Shown here: piece after piece, positions 45,541-54,588 of the stretch
How positions within the stretch are numbered: the first letter of the stretch is position 1
How the letters are laid out: each line of letters starts with the position of its first letter
From: Parcubacteria group bacterium
GTDB lineage: Bacteria; Patescibacteriota; Minisyncoccia; Phycocordibacterales; UBA2135
NCBI GenBank assembly: GCA_016180525.1
Contig: JACPBB010000002.1
Location: 122,517 to 186,516 of the forward strand
Reading direction: 5' to 3'
DNA length: 64,000 bases
Notes under the pieces: generated by a model
Database searches by the model: none
Seen by the model: only the letters and a program-made list of their open reading frames with translations
What the model was told of the DNA's origin: nothing
Made by a program: the position numbers and the translations under genes

Positions 45541-45628
45541 AAGGAGCGAATAAAATGAGCGACTATATTTTCTTAACCCCCTCTTTTTGAGTTCTATTAA
45601 AATAAAGAGGAATCTAAAAAGAGGGGGT
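45541..45628 (+). repeat. copy A of GAGCGA...TTTTCTTAACCCCCTC repeat with flanking 13-bp inverted repeat
   Basis: AAGGAGCGAAtaaaatGAGCGACTATATTTTCTTAACCCCCTCTTTTT lies at 45541-45588. ACCCCCTCTTTTT pairs with AAAAAGAGGGGGT at 45616-45628. Confidence 0.55.
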
Positions 45629-47422
45629 GATGATTTTAATAGTCGTTTCACTCCTTTAAAATCAATCATGAAAGTAAACGAAAAACAATTGGAAGAATTT
45701 CTCCTTGACGCTGACTTGGTGAGCACAAAACGTCTTGGCGAAGCATGGGATGTTTCGCTGAAAAGCGGGGGATATTTGGGAGACGCGCTTGTGAAACGAG
45801 GAGACATTACCGAAGATGAATTGCGCAAAACTGAGGCGTACATACTCGGTATTCCTTTTGTGAATCTCAAGGGGGAAAAACTTAATTTTGATGTTCTTTC
45901 TCTCATACCAGAACCGATTGCGCGCAACAACAATATTATTGCATTTAAAAAAACAAGCGACTCGCTTGAGGTCGCAATGCTTGATACCGATGATTTAGCC
46001 GCACTTGATTTTGTAAAAAAGAAAGTAAATCTAAAAATTTTACCGCGGCTTACCGATACCGAATCCATTAAATCGGCGCTTTTGCAGTATCAAAAAAGTT
46101 TAAAAGCAGAATTTGGCGATATCATAGAAAAAGAAGCGGGGACGATTAAAGAAGTTCGTATTGGCGGAGAGGATGACACAAAAAGCGAAGAAGAGTTGCG
46201 AAAACTTGCCGAAGATTTACCGGTAATAAGAATCGTTGACACGCTTCTGCATCACGCAATTTTACAGGGTGCGTCTGATATACACATTGAGCCAATGGAA
46301 GATAAGGTGCTCGTGCGTTACAGAATTGATGGGATTCTTCACGACGCCATGACTCTTCCGCGGCATGCCGCCTCGGGTATTATCGCGCGCGTTAAGGTGC
46401 TCGCTAATTTAAAACTTGATGAGAAACGTTTGCCACAAGATGGACGCTTTAAAATTGCGGAGGGAAATCAGAGGGTTTCATTCCGTGTTTCTATTTTACC
46501 GACATATTTTGGCGAAAAAGGCGTGTTGAGGCTTCTTAAAGAAGACACGGAAGCGTTTACACTTGAAACACTTGGCTTTCATGGCGACGGGCTTGAACAA
46601 ATCCACCGCGCGACAAAACAAAGAACGGGAATGGTTTTGGCGACAGGCCCTACGGGTTCGGGAAAAACAACCACGCTCTATACGATTCTTAGTATTCTCA
46701 ATAGTCCTGATGTAAACATTTCAACCATCGAAGATCCGATTGAATATCAAATTCCACGCGTTAATCAAACTCAAGTAAAGCCCGAGATCGGATATACTTT
46801 TGCGAATGGACTGCGTGCGCTTGTGCGTCAGGATCCAGACATTATTATGGTGGGAGAAATACGCGACAGCGAAACAGCGTCCCTCGCGATTAACGCGTCA
46901 CTTACCGGACACCTTGTGCTCTCTACGCTTCATACGAACTCAGCTTCGGGTGCAATCCCTCGTCTTATTGACATGGAAGCCGAGCCGTTTTTGCTGGTTT
47001 CAACAGTGCGCATTATTATTGGGCAGCGTCTTGTGCGGCGACTATGCGAAGAGAAGCAAAAATATACCATACGAGAAGACGACCTTCTGAAACTTGCCGA
47101 GCACGCCGATATGGACAAGGTTCTCGCAATGCTCCGTGAGGAAAAAATAGTCGGGCCAAAAGAATCGTGGAAATCTATTCCTTTTTACAAACCAAAACCC
47201 TCAAAAGTGTGCGCTGACGGATATGGTGGACGGGTGGGTATTCATGAAGTTTTGCACGTAACTTCGACGATAGAGAAACTCATTTTACAGGAAGCTTCTT
47301 CTACCGACATAGAGGCGCAGGCGCGGAAAGAGGGAATGATCACCATGCTTGAAGACGGCATTTTTAAAGCGGCTCAAGGAATTACTTCTCTTGAAGAGGT
47401 GTTTAGAGTTATTTCGGAGTAA
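45587..47422 (+). CDS. pilB: type IV pilus/type II secretion assembly ATPase PilB/GspE family
   Basis: The N-terminal GSPII_E_N-like domain is followed by Walker A GPTGSGKTT, Asp box, His box and a C-terminal tetracysteine-like region (CADGYGGRVGIHE). The start is probably an internal Met (MKVNEKQLEEF, about 45668). Confidence 0.9.
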   Translation: MSSIKIKRNLKRGGDDFNSRFTPLKSIMKVNEKQLEEFLLDADLVSTKRLGEAWDVSLKSGGYLGDALVKRGDITEDELRKTEAYILGIPFVNLKGEKLNFDVLSLIPEPIARNNNIIAFKKTSDSLEVAMLDTDDLAALDFVKKKVNLKILPRLTDTESIKSALLQYQKSLKAEFGDIIEKEAGTIKEVRIGGEDDTKSEEELRKLAEDLPVIRIVDTLLHHAILQGASDIHIEPMEDKVLVRYRIDGILHDAMTLPRHAASGIIARVKVLANLKLDEKRLPQDGRFKIAEGNQRVSFRVSILPTYFGEKGVLRLLKEDTEAFTLETLGFHGDGLEQIHRATKQRTGMVLATGPTGSGKTTTLYTILSILNSPDVNISTIEDPIEYQIPRVNQTQVKPEIGYTFANGLRALVRQDPDIIMVGEIRDSETASLAINASLTGHLVLSTLHTNSASGAIPRLIDMEAEPFLLVSTVRIIIGQRLVRRLCEEKQKYTIREDDLLKLAEHADMDKVLAMLREEKIVGPKESWKSIPFYKPKPSKVCADGYGGRVGIHEVLHVTSTIEKLILQEASSTDIEAQARKEGMITMLEDGIFKAAQGITSLEEVFRVISE

Positions 47423-47574
47423 AGCGAATTGGCCCACAGTTTTTGTTCCGACACGTCGGAGCAAAAACTGCGGCTGCCAAACCCTTATCGAGCACTCAGT
47501 GCTGTTAAAACAATGAAGACAAGAATTCTCAACATATTTAAAATATGCAACTTTAATGGGTTTAATAATGCTGA

Positions 47575-48855
47575 GTGCTCGGTGCTCAAATTTTAAGAAA
47601 ATTTTTTTCATTATCATTCAAAAATTTTAAAAAATTTGGCATGCTATTTAAATTCAAAGCGCAAACATCCGGTGGGGAGATAATTGAAGGAGAGGCGGAT
47701 GCACCCGATAAGTTTTCTCTTGTAGCGCAATTAAAGAAAAAAAATTATACCGTTATTCTCGCCAAAGAGGTTCGGTCTAAAAAATCACGCTTTCTTTCCT
47801 ACATACAAGGATTTTTAGGCGTCGTTCATTTAGATGAAAAAATTATTTTTATTAAAAGTCTTGGCGCGATGCTTAAAGCGGGACTCTCTCTTTCTCGCTC
47901 GCTTTCAATATTGAGTAGGCAGACAAAAAACAAAGCGTTTCAGGCAATTATTGTTGATATGGAACGGGATATTTCGCGAGGGAATTCTTTTTATAAAGCA
48001 ATGTCTCAATATACAAATGTTTTTTCTTCACTTGCGACAGCCATGATTAAGGCGGGAGAAGATTCGGGGAAACTTCCTGAGTCGCTTACTATTATCGCCG
48101 AACATCTTAGTAAAAATTATGAATTGCAAAAAAAAATACGAGGAGCGCTTTTTTATCCTGCCATCATTCTCATAGCAATGGCACTTATTGGCGTGGTTAT
48201 GCTTATCTATGTTGTTCCGGTCTTAACCTCAACCTTTATTGAACTTGGTGTTGAATTACCTTTTGCAACTCAGGTGGTCATTACGATCAGTTCATTTTTA
48301 ATTGAACATACGATTCTTGTTGTGTTTCTGATCGCGCTTTTTGTATTTGGGATTGTGTACGGCATACGCACGGCGCGTGGAAAGCGGATGCTTGATTCCG
48401 TATTTTTAAAAATGCCGCTCATTGGAGAGCTTACGCGTCAAATAAATTCTGCCCGCACAGCACGAACGCTTGCCTCGCTCCTTTCTGCAGGAGTTTCAAT
48501 TCTTGATGCGCTGCAAACCACGCACGATGTAGTTCAAAACTCTTATTACAAAACAGTTTTGCAGGAGGCACAGGGCGCTATACAGCGCGGCAGCACGCTC
48601 TCATTTGTTTTTAAACAATATCCTAAGCTGTATCCGGTTTTGGTTGCTGAAATGACCGCGGTCGGAGAGGAGACCGGAAAACTTTCTGAAATGCTTCTTA
48701 ACCTTGCGTCGTTTTATGAAGATGAAGTGGCGCAAAAAACGAAAGATATGTCAACCATCATTGAGCCGATACTCATGGTATTCATCGGCATTTCTGTCGG
48801 ACTTTTTGCGGTGTCAATGATTACGCCGCTTTACTCAGTTTTGGGAGAAGTGTGA
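47575..48855 (+). CDS. pilC: type IV pilus assembly inner-membrane platform protein PilC/GspF family
   Basis: Two GspF repeats are present (ALFYPAIILIAMALIGVVML..., EPILMVFIGISVGLFAVSMITPLY). Confidence 0.85.
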   Translation: MLGAQILRKFFSLSFKNFKKFGMLFKFKAQTSGGEIIEGEADAPDKFSLVAQLKKKNYTVILAKEVRSKKSRFLSYIQGFLGVVHLDEKIIFIKSLGAMLKAGLSLSRSLSILSRQTKNKAFQAIIVDMERDISRGNSFYKAMSQYTNVFSSLATAMIKAGEDSGKLPESLTIIAEHLSKNYELQKKIRGALFYPAIILIAMALIGVVMLIYVVPVLTSTFIELGVELPFATQVVITISSFLIEHTILVVFLIALFVFGIVYGIRTARGKRMLDSVFLKMPLIGELTRQINSARTARTLASLLSAGVSILDALQTTHDVVQNSYYKTVLQEAQGAIQRGSTLSFVFKQYPKLYPVLVAEMTAVGEETGKLSEMLLNLASFYEDEVAQKTKDMSTIIEPILMVFIGISVGLFAVSMITPLYSVLGEV

Positions 48856-48859
48856 ATCA

Positions 48860-48891
48860 ATTTCAGATTTCAGATTGCAGATTTCAGATTT
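48860..48891. repeat. heptamer tandem repeat (ATTTCAG)x4.5 in 5' UTR of pilin gene
   Basis: atttcag atttcag attgcag atttcag attt. It ends 6 nt before ATG 48898. Confidence 0.7.
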
Positions 48892-48897
48892 AAAATA

Positions 48898-49401
48898 ATG
48901 AATAAAAAAAATAAAATCTTATATCTTACATCGTATATCTTAAATCCCCAGAGGGGTTTAACGCTCATAGAAATTATTATTTCTATAGGCATTCTGGTGG
49001 TTATCGGGACGATTGGAACAGGCGCATTTTCATCATTTAAAAAATCTTCTGACCTTGTCTCTGCGGCTGATATTGTCGTAAACAACCTTATTCAAGCTCG
49101 CTCAAAAACACTCTCTGCGGAGGAGGCAAAGCAATACGGAGTGCATTTTGAAACCGACAAAATCGTTTTTTATTCGGGGACTACATACATCGCTGGGGCT
49201 TCTGATAATAAGGAAACGACACTCCCTAAAACAATTGAAATTTCTTCTGTAGCATTAAATGGCGGCGGAGCAGATACTTTATTTAAAAAACTAACCGGAG
49301 AAACGGATAATGATGGAGTTGTTACTGTTCGGCTTAAATCTGACACCTCAAAAACAAAAACTATACACATACGCCCCGTAGGACTTACGACAGTTGAATA
49401 A
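48898..49401 (+). CDS. prepilin-type (type IV pilin/pseudopilin) protein
   Basis: QRG|LTLIEIIISIGILVVIG is the class III signal with E5. Confidence 0.8.
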   Translation: MNKKNKILYLTSYILNPQRGLTLIEIIISIGILVVIGTIGTGAFSSFKKSSDLVSAADIVVNNLIQARSKTLSAEEAKQYGVHFETDKIVFYSGTTYIAGASDNKETTLPKTIEISSVALNGGGADTLFKKLTGETDNDGVVTVRLKSDTSKTKTIHIRPVGLTTVE

Positions 49402-49440
49402 GTCATGAAACGTGTAACATAAAACACACAATTTAAGAAA

Positions 49441-49980
49441 ATGTATAATCAAACAAATAATAAAAAGCTACAAGCTACAAGCTACAAGCTACAAGCTAAA
49501 AACGGTTTCGGTCTTATTGAAATACTCGTTGCCTCCGCGATTCTCTCTGCCTCTCTCGTGACACTTACAGCGTCAAGCCAAATCGCGTTTCGTTTAATGA
49601 AAGAAAGTCTGGAGAGAACACAAGCGGGGTTTTTAGTTGAAGAGGGCGTTGAAGTCACGCGAATTCTGCGCGATGACGCCTGGTCTTTGAACATTGCTCC
49701 TGTTCCCACGGGAGTAGAAATGTACTTCGTTTTTGCATCAAGTACAAACACATGGACTCTAGAAAGCGCCGCTCCCCCGCTTATAGAAAATTTGTTCACT
49801 CGAAGAGTTGTTTTTGATGATGTATATCGCAGAGATTCAGATGGAGAAATAATAGACGAAGGATCTCTTGACCCAAAAACTCTTGATCCAGACACAAGAA
49901 AGGCGACAATTGAGGTCCTCTGGGGAGACGGAAGAAACGTGACGTTTGAAACATATATCGCTAATATTTTTCAAAACTAA
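49441..49980 (+). CDS. prepilin-type protein with heptamer repeat inside leader
   Basis: The class III signal is KNG|FGLIEILVASAIL. (GCTACAA)x4.4 at 49467-49497 encodes KLQATSYKLQA in the leader. The only in-frame ATG is upstream of the repeat. Confidence 0.75.
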   Translation: MYNQTNNKKLQATSYKLQAKNGFGLIEILVASAILSASLVTLTASSQIAFRLMKESLERTQAGFLVEEGVEVTRILRDDAWSLNIAPVPTGVEMYFVFASSTNTWTLESAAPPLIENLFTRRVVFDDVYRRDSDGEIIDEGSLDPKTLDPDTRKATIEVLWGDGRNVTFETYIANIFQN

Positions 49981-50005
49981 TAAAGCGTAAAACGCAAAGC
50001 GCAAA

Positions 50006-50593
50006 ATGCAAAACAACAACGTAAAATTTAAAATATTTTCTATTAGAAAAAAATGTTTTTCGCTTTTCGCTTTTCGCTTTTCGCTTAAGCGTGGTGCGGG
50101 AATTCTTGAGACACTCATTTATATAGCAATTGTGTCCTTGCTTACTGTCATTGTTATTAATACGGCAATGGTTATGTCTGCCACTTCTGGCAAAGCTCGT
50201 CTAAAACGAAATATGTTGGGAGAAGTTGGAATTGCGGTTGAAAGAATGGTACGGGAAATACGTTTGGCTGACAGTATTGATCTTCCCGGAAGCATCCTTG
50301 GAATTAATCCGGGTATCCTTAAGTTAAACACTACTGTTGGCTCCGAGGATAACACTCCGACAACTCGAGAATTTTATATTTCAAACAATATGCTTATGAT
50401 GAGAGAAGGGACAAATGAACCGGTTTCTCTTACCGAAAAAATTACTGTCACGGATCTTATTTTTTATCATCTCACCACCTCCGCGATGACATCCGAAGCG
50501 ATAACTCTCGAGCTTTCCGCTGAAGGAAAGTTAAGAAACACAACGGAGCTCCGCACATTTAATACGACCGCGGTTATGCGGAGAAGCTATTAG
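50006..50593 (+). CDS. prepilin-type protein with heptamer repeat inside leader
   Basis: The class III signal is KRGAG|ILETLIYIAIVSLL. (CGCTTTT)x4 at 50055-50086 encodes FSLFAFRFSL in the leader. Confidence 0.7.
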   Translation: MQNNNVKFKIFSIRKKCFSLFAFRFSLKRGAGILETLIYIAIVSLLTVIVINTAMVMSATSGKARLKRNMLGEVGIAVERMVREIRLADSIDLPGSILGINPGILKLNTTVGSEDNTPTTREFYISNNMLMMREGTNEPVSLTEKITVTDLIFYHLTTSAMTSEAITLELSAEGKLRNTTELRTFNTTAVMRRSY

Positions 50594-50597
50594 TGTA

Positions 50598-50623
50598 ATT
50601 TCAGATTTCAAATTTCAAATTTT
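50598..50623. repeat. heptamer tandem repeat (ATTTCAR)x3.5
   Basis: atttcag atttcaa atttcaa atttt, upstream of the 50633 gene. Confidence 0.65.
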
Positions 50624-50632
50624 AAAAAATAT

Positions 50633-51964
50633 ATGAAACATTCAATCTGCAATCTGCAATCTGCAATCTGCAATCAAAGGGGGCAGACCCCTCGACACAA
50701 CTCGGGACAAGCGGCTATTATCGCGACGCTTTTTTTCGTTGCGGTGACGCTTGTGCTCTCCGTCGGCTCAGCCGGGGTGGCACTTAAAGAAGAGTCTGCT
50801 TCTCGCTCAAATGTTCTCGGGAAAAAAGGTTATTTTCTTTCAGAGGCAGGACAGGAAGATGTTATTTATCGAATCTTTACCGGGAAACCGGTTCCTACTA
50901 ACGTTGTACTTTCACTCGGAGGGGATACGGTAACGACAACGGTCGCGGATATTGGAGTTGATAGAAAAGATATTACTGCGTTTGGAAAATCGGGGAAAAA
51001 CACAAGGAAAACACAAGTCGCACTTTTGGTTGGAGAAGGCACATCATTTGTCTACGGGGTACAAGTGGGGGATGGAGGGCTTTTGCTTGAAAACAGCTCA
51101 GAGGTTATTGGTAACGTATTTTCAAACGGTCCGATTGAGGGGCGCAATAGCAATATTGTCCGGGGTGAAGTTATCTCCGCAGGTCCCGAGGGATTAATTG
51201 ATGACGTACACGCGACAAGTTCCGCATATGCGCACACAATAAAAGATTCGTTGATTGAAGGAGACGCGCACTATCAAGATATTGTAAATACTACTGTGTT
51301 GGGGCAGCTGTTTCCAGGAAGCGCAGAGGAGGAGCCGGTCGCTTTTCCAATTACCGATGAAATGGTTGATATCTGGAAGACAGAGGCAGAAGCAGCAGGT
51401 GTTATTTCGTCGCCGTGTCCATATGTCATTAAAAATGACATTACACTTGGTCCGGTAAAAATAAATTGTGACGTAAACATAAGTCAATCTCCTACAGTAA
51501 CGCTTGCTGGAAACGTCTGGATTGCCGGTAATCTAGAAATCAGCAATACACCAACAATAGTAGCAGCTCCATCGGTCGGCAATAAAAGTGTTATTGTTAT
51601 CGCGGATAATCCGGCCAATCGTCTTACGAGCAGCAGAATTGAACTTGAGAATTCATCTGAATTTTATGGTTCAGGAGAGCCAGGTTCATATATTCTTTTT
51701 CTTTCTCAAAACAATAGCGCAGAGCTTGGAGGAGGAGAGGAAGCTATTGAAATCGGGAATAGCGCAGAGGGGGATATTATATTGTATGCGGGGCACGGAG
51801 AAATAGTGCTTCAAAATACAGTATTTTTACGAGAAGTGACCGGCTACAAGGTGCATCTTAAAAATTCCGCGAAGGTAGAATATAACATGGGACTTCAGAA
51901 TGTTTTATTTTCAACAGGGCCGTCGGGTGGATATGAAATTATTGATTGGAAGGAAATTGAATAA
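50633..51964 (+). CDS. large prepilin-like minor pilin/tip-associated protein (443 aa) with heptamer repeat inside leader
   Basis: (CAATCTG)x5 at 50643-50675 encodes SICNLQSAICNQ. The hydrophobic alpha1 NSG|QAAIIATLFFVAVTLVL has no E5. It is followed by a large Gly/Ser/Thr-rich extracellular domain. Confidence 0.6.
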   Translation: MKHSICNLQSAICNQRGQTPRHNSGQAAIIATLFFVAVTLVLSVGSAGVALKEESASRSNVLGKKGYFLSEAGQEDVIYRIFTGKPVPTNVVLSLGGDTVTTTVADIGVDRKDITAFGKSGKNTRKTQVALLVGEGTSFVYGVQVGDGGLLLENSSEVIGNVFSNGPIEGRNSNIVRGEVISAGPEGLIDDVHATSSAYAHTIKDSLIEGDAHYQDIVNTTVLGQLFPGSAEEEPVAFPITDEMVDIWKTEAEAAGVISSPCPYVIKNDITLGPVKINCDVNISQSPTVTLAGNVWIAGNLEISNTPTIVAAPSVGNKSVIVIADNPANRLTSSRIELENSSEFYGSGEPGSYILFLSQNNSAELGGGEEAIEIGNSAEGDIILYAGHGEIVLQNTVFLREVTGYKVHLKNSAKVEYNMGLQNVLFSTGPSGGYEIIDWKEIE

Positions 51965-52090
51965 AATAATAACTCGAATCTACGAATACACCCGAAAATC
52001 GCGAATATATTTGAATGGCATTTTTTAAAGTATTCGGGATTTTCGAGTAAGTCATTCGGATTATTCGGGTTATTGGTATACTATATAGCA

Positions 52091-52858
52091 ATGAAAACTA
52101 AGCAGCTTATAGTGGCTAACTGGAAGATGAATCCACGGACTCCTAAAGAGGCCCGCGCTCTTTTTCAATCAACGAAACGCACAGCGGGCCATCTCACAAA
52201 AGTGCAGACGGTAGTTTGCCCCCCCGCTGTTTTTTTAGGACTTTTCTCTCCCCTTGTTTCACGTAACTGTTTCTTGGGGGCACAAGATATGTTTTGGGAA
52301 AAAGAAGGTGCATATACGGGGAAAATATCCCCCGCTCAATTACACGCTCTCAATGTTTCTTATGTTATTCTTGGGCACTCCGAGGAGCGTGCACTCGGTG
52401 AAACAAATGAAGATATACAAAAGAAAATCAGAGCGGCATTTGAATATCGGCTCAATGCTATTCTCTGTATCGGAGAAAAGGAGCGTGATCACGAAGGACA
52501 CTATCTTTCTTTTTTAAAAGAGCAAATAAAAAAATCTCTTGGGAAAATTCCCGGAAAGGAATTAGGGCGGCTCATTATTGCCTATGAGCCGATATGGGCT
52601 ATTGGCGCTCTGGCAAAGAAAGCAGACACGCCGCGGGCCCTTTTAGAAATTGTCATTTTTATAAGAAAGGTATTAAGCGATATGTACGACAAATCAATCG
52701 CATTTCAAATTTCTATTTTATATGGAGGGTCTGTGAATGCCCAAAACGCCGAAGCGTTTTTAAAAGATGGGGGCGTTAACGGACTTTTGGTGGGACGTGC
52801 GAGCCTTGATACGAAAGAGTTTACAGAAATTTTAAAAATCACAAAACAAATAAAGTAG
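52091..52858 (+). CDS. tpiA: triosephosphate isomerase
   Basis: VANWKMN...ILGHSERR-like ILGHSEER...CIGE...AYEPIWAIG. The track ORF starts at 52073; the start is taken at MKTKQ. Confidence 0.9.
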   Translation: MKTKQLIVANWKMNPRTPKEARALFQSTKRTAGHLTKVQTVVCPPAVFLGLFSPLVSRNCFLGAQDMFWEKEGAYTGKISPAQLHALNVSYVILGHSEERALGETNEDIQKKIRAAFEYRLNAILCIGEKERDHEGHYLSFLKEQIKKSLGKIPGKELGRLIIAYEPIWAIGALAKKADTPRALLEIVIFIRKVLSDMYDKSIAFQISILYGGSVNAQNAEAFLKDGGVNGLLVGRASLDTKEFTEILKITKQIK

Positions 52859-52935
52859 GCACTAGGCGTTAGGCGCTAGGCACTAGGAAAAAACGATGAT
52901 ATTCCTAAAGCCTAAAGCCTAAAGCCTAAAGCCTA
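52856..52935. repeat. two heptamer tandem repeats (TAGGCRY)x4.5 and (CCTAAAG)x4.5 in the tpiA-pgk spacer
   Basis: taggcac taggcgt taggcgc taggcac tagg lies at 52856-52887. cctaaag repeated 4 times plus ccta lies at 52904-52935. The pgk ATG is at 52941. Confidence 0.75.
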
Positions 52936-52940
52936 GTAAC

Positions 52941-54050
52941 ATGGATTTGCCTCTCTTAAAAAACGCGAAAAAAATATCCGGAAAAAAATTTTTGGTCCGC
53001 ATTGATGTTAATGTGCCTATTTTAAATGGAGAGGTGCAAGATAATTTTCGCATAAAGCGCCTTATCCCCACCCTTTCATTTTTGAAGAAAAAAAAGGGAA
53101 AAATTATTTTGTTGAGCCACCACTCGGATGAAAAGCAGACACTTAAACCGATGGCCCAATATTTAAATACTTTTTTTAAAACATCGTTTGTGCCGGATAT
53201 GTTTGCCGCAAAGGCGTTTGAAGAGGAAGATGCTCTTTTTTTATGCGAGAATCTGCGATTTTATAAAGAAGAAGAAGAAAATGAGGCCGTATTTTCTGAG
53301 AAACTTGCTTCCCTGGGCGATATTTATATAAACGAAGCGTTTTCAGTTTCCCACAGAAAGCACGCTTCTGTTGTTTCTTTACCTAAACTGCTTCCGCACT
53401 ATGCGGGGTTTTTATTTCAGGAAGAGATAAAAAATTTAGAGGCCGTGTTTAATCCGCCGAAGCCGTTTTTATTTATTTTAGGAGGACGAAAAGCAGACAC
53501 AAAACTCGCACTTGCTCAAAAGTTTATCGATATTGCCGATTACATCTTTATAGGAGGAGCGGTTGTTAATAATATTTTTAAAGCACAAGGGTATGAGGTG
53601 GGAAGGTCAATTGTTGATGACGGAATATCCGGATTTGAAAATTTAATGAGAAGTAAAAATATCGTGTTTCCAAAAGACGTAGTGGTTCAGAAAGAAAGCG
53701 GTGTTGTTTCGGTAAAATCTCCAGGAGAGGTGTTGTTAGATGAGAAAATACTTGATGCTGGGCCAGAGGCACTCAATATTTTAAAAGGCTTGATACGGAG
53801 CTCTGCGTTTATAGTATGGAATGGTCCGCTTGGACAATACGAGATCGGATTTGAAAAATCAACAATAGAAATGATTGAGGCATTTAGGGAAAGTAAGGCA
53901 AAAAAAGTTGTCGGCGGAGGGGACACAATCGCGGCGATTTCAAAATTGGGTGATCAAAAAGATTTTGATTTTATTTCAACAGGCGGTGGTGCGATGCTTG
54001 AATTTTTAGTAAATCGCACACTGCCGGGGATTGAAGTGCTCAAACATTAG
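52941..54050 (+). CDS. pgk: phosphoglycerate kinase
   Basis: FLVRIDVNVP...NLRF...C-terminal GGGDT-like GGGDTIAAI. Confidence 0.9.
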   Translation: MDLPLLKNAKKISGKKFLVRIDVNVPILNGEVQDNFRIKRLIPTLSFLKKKKGKIILLSHHSDEKQTLKPMAQYLNTFFKTSFVPDMFAAKAFEEEDALFLCENLRFYKEEEENEAVFSEKLASLGDIYINEAFSVSHRKHASVVSLPKLLPHYAGFLFQEEIKNLEAVFNPPKPFLFILGGRKADTKLALAQKFIDIADYIFIGGAVVNNIFKAQGYEVGRSIVDDGISGFENLMRSKNIVFPKDVVVQKESGVVSVKSPGEVLLDEKILDAGPEALNILKGLIRSSAFIVWNGPLGQYEIGFEKSTIEMIEAFRESKAKKVVGGGDTIAAISKLGDQKDFDFISTGGGAMLEFLVNRTLPGIEVLKH

Positions 54051-54156
54051 AATGCAGAATGCAGAACAAAATCATTCCGATGACCATCGGGATGATTTCG
54101 TTGGTGATTGACAAGAAAATTTTTTCCTGTAATCTGACGATTAGAACAAAAAAGAG

Positions 54157-54573
54157 GTGCGTGTCAGAATGTCTACTCAGGAGACGAAATCAAAATCATT
54201 TGCGATAGCGACGGTGCTTTTTGTCGTGTTTCTCCTTTTTGCTCTTTTGTATGCGTGGTTGAGTAACGATGACGGAAAGAACGAAAAACAAACTGTTGTG
54301 CCATTAAATCAAGAGCAACTTTTGACCGATGAGCAGATTGGAAAATTATCAGAACGCTTGGCTCGAATTAAGCAGATTGTCAAAGAAGAAGACTTTAGGG
54401 CAGAATTCAGGAAAACATTGGATGAAGCAAAAAAATTACGTCAAGAAACGGACGATATTACGAAGGACATCTATGATCTTAAAAAACAATTTGATGAAAT
54501 GCGTGTGCTTGTTAAGGAATTGGAACGCCTACTGTGTGAGAAAGGAATGATTCAAGACTGCAAATCTATTTAA
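54157..54573 (+). CDS. membrane-anchored coiled-coil hypothetical protein
   Basis: TM segment FAIATVLFVVFLLFALLYAWL. It is followed by the bidirectional terminator at 54580-54607. Confidence 0.5.
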   Translation: MRVRMSTQETKSKSFAIATVLFVVFLLFALLYAWLSNDDGKNEKQTVVPLNQEQLLTDEQIGKLSERLARIKQIVKEEDFRAEFRKTLDEAKKLRQETDDITKDIYDLKKQFDEMRVLVKELERLLCEKGMIQDCKSI

Positions 54574-54588
54574 TTTTAAAACCCGCCA

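Noticed and set aside
40944-52935. Possibility that the regularly spaced short repeats are CRISPR arrays
   Set aside because: The units are 7 bp and directly tandem with no spacers, and only about 4 copies occur per site. No cas genes are present. They are not CRISPR.
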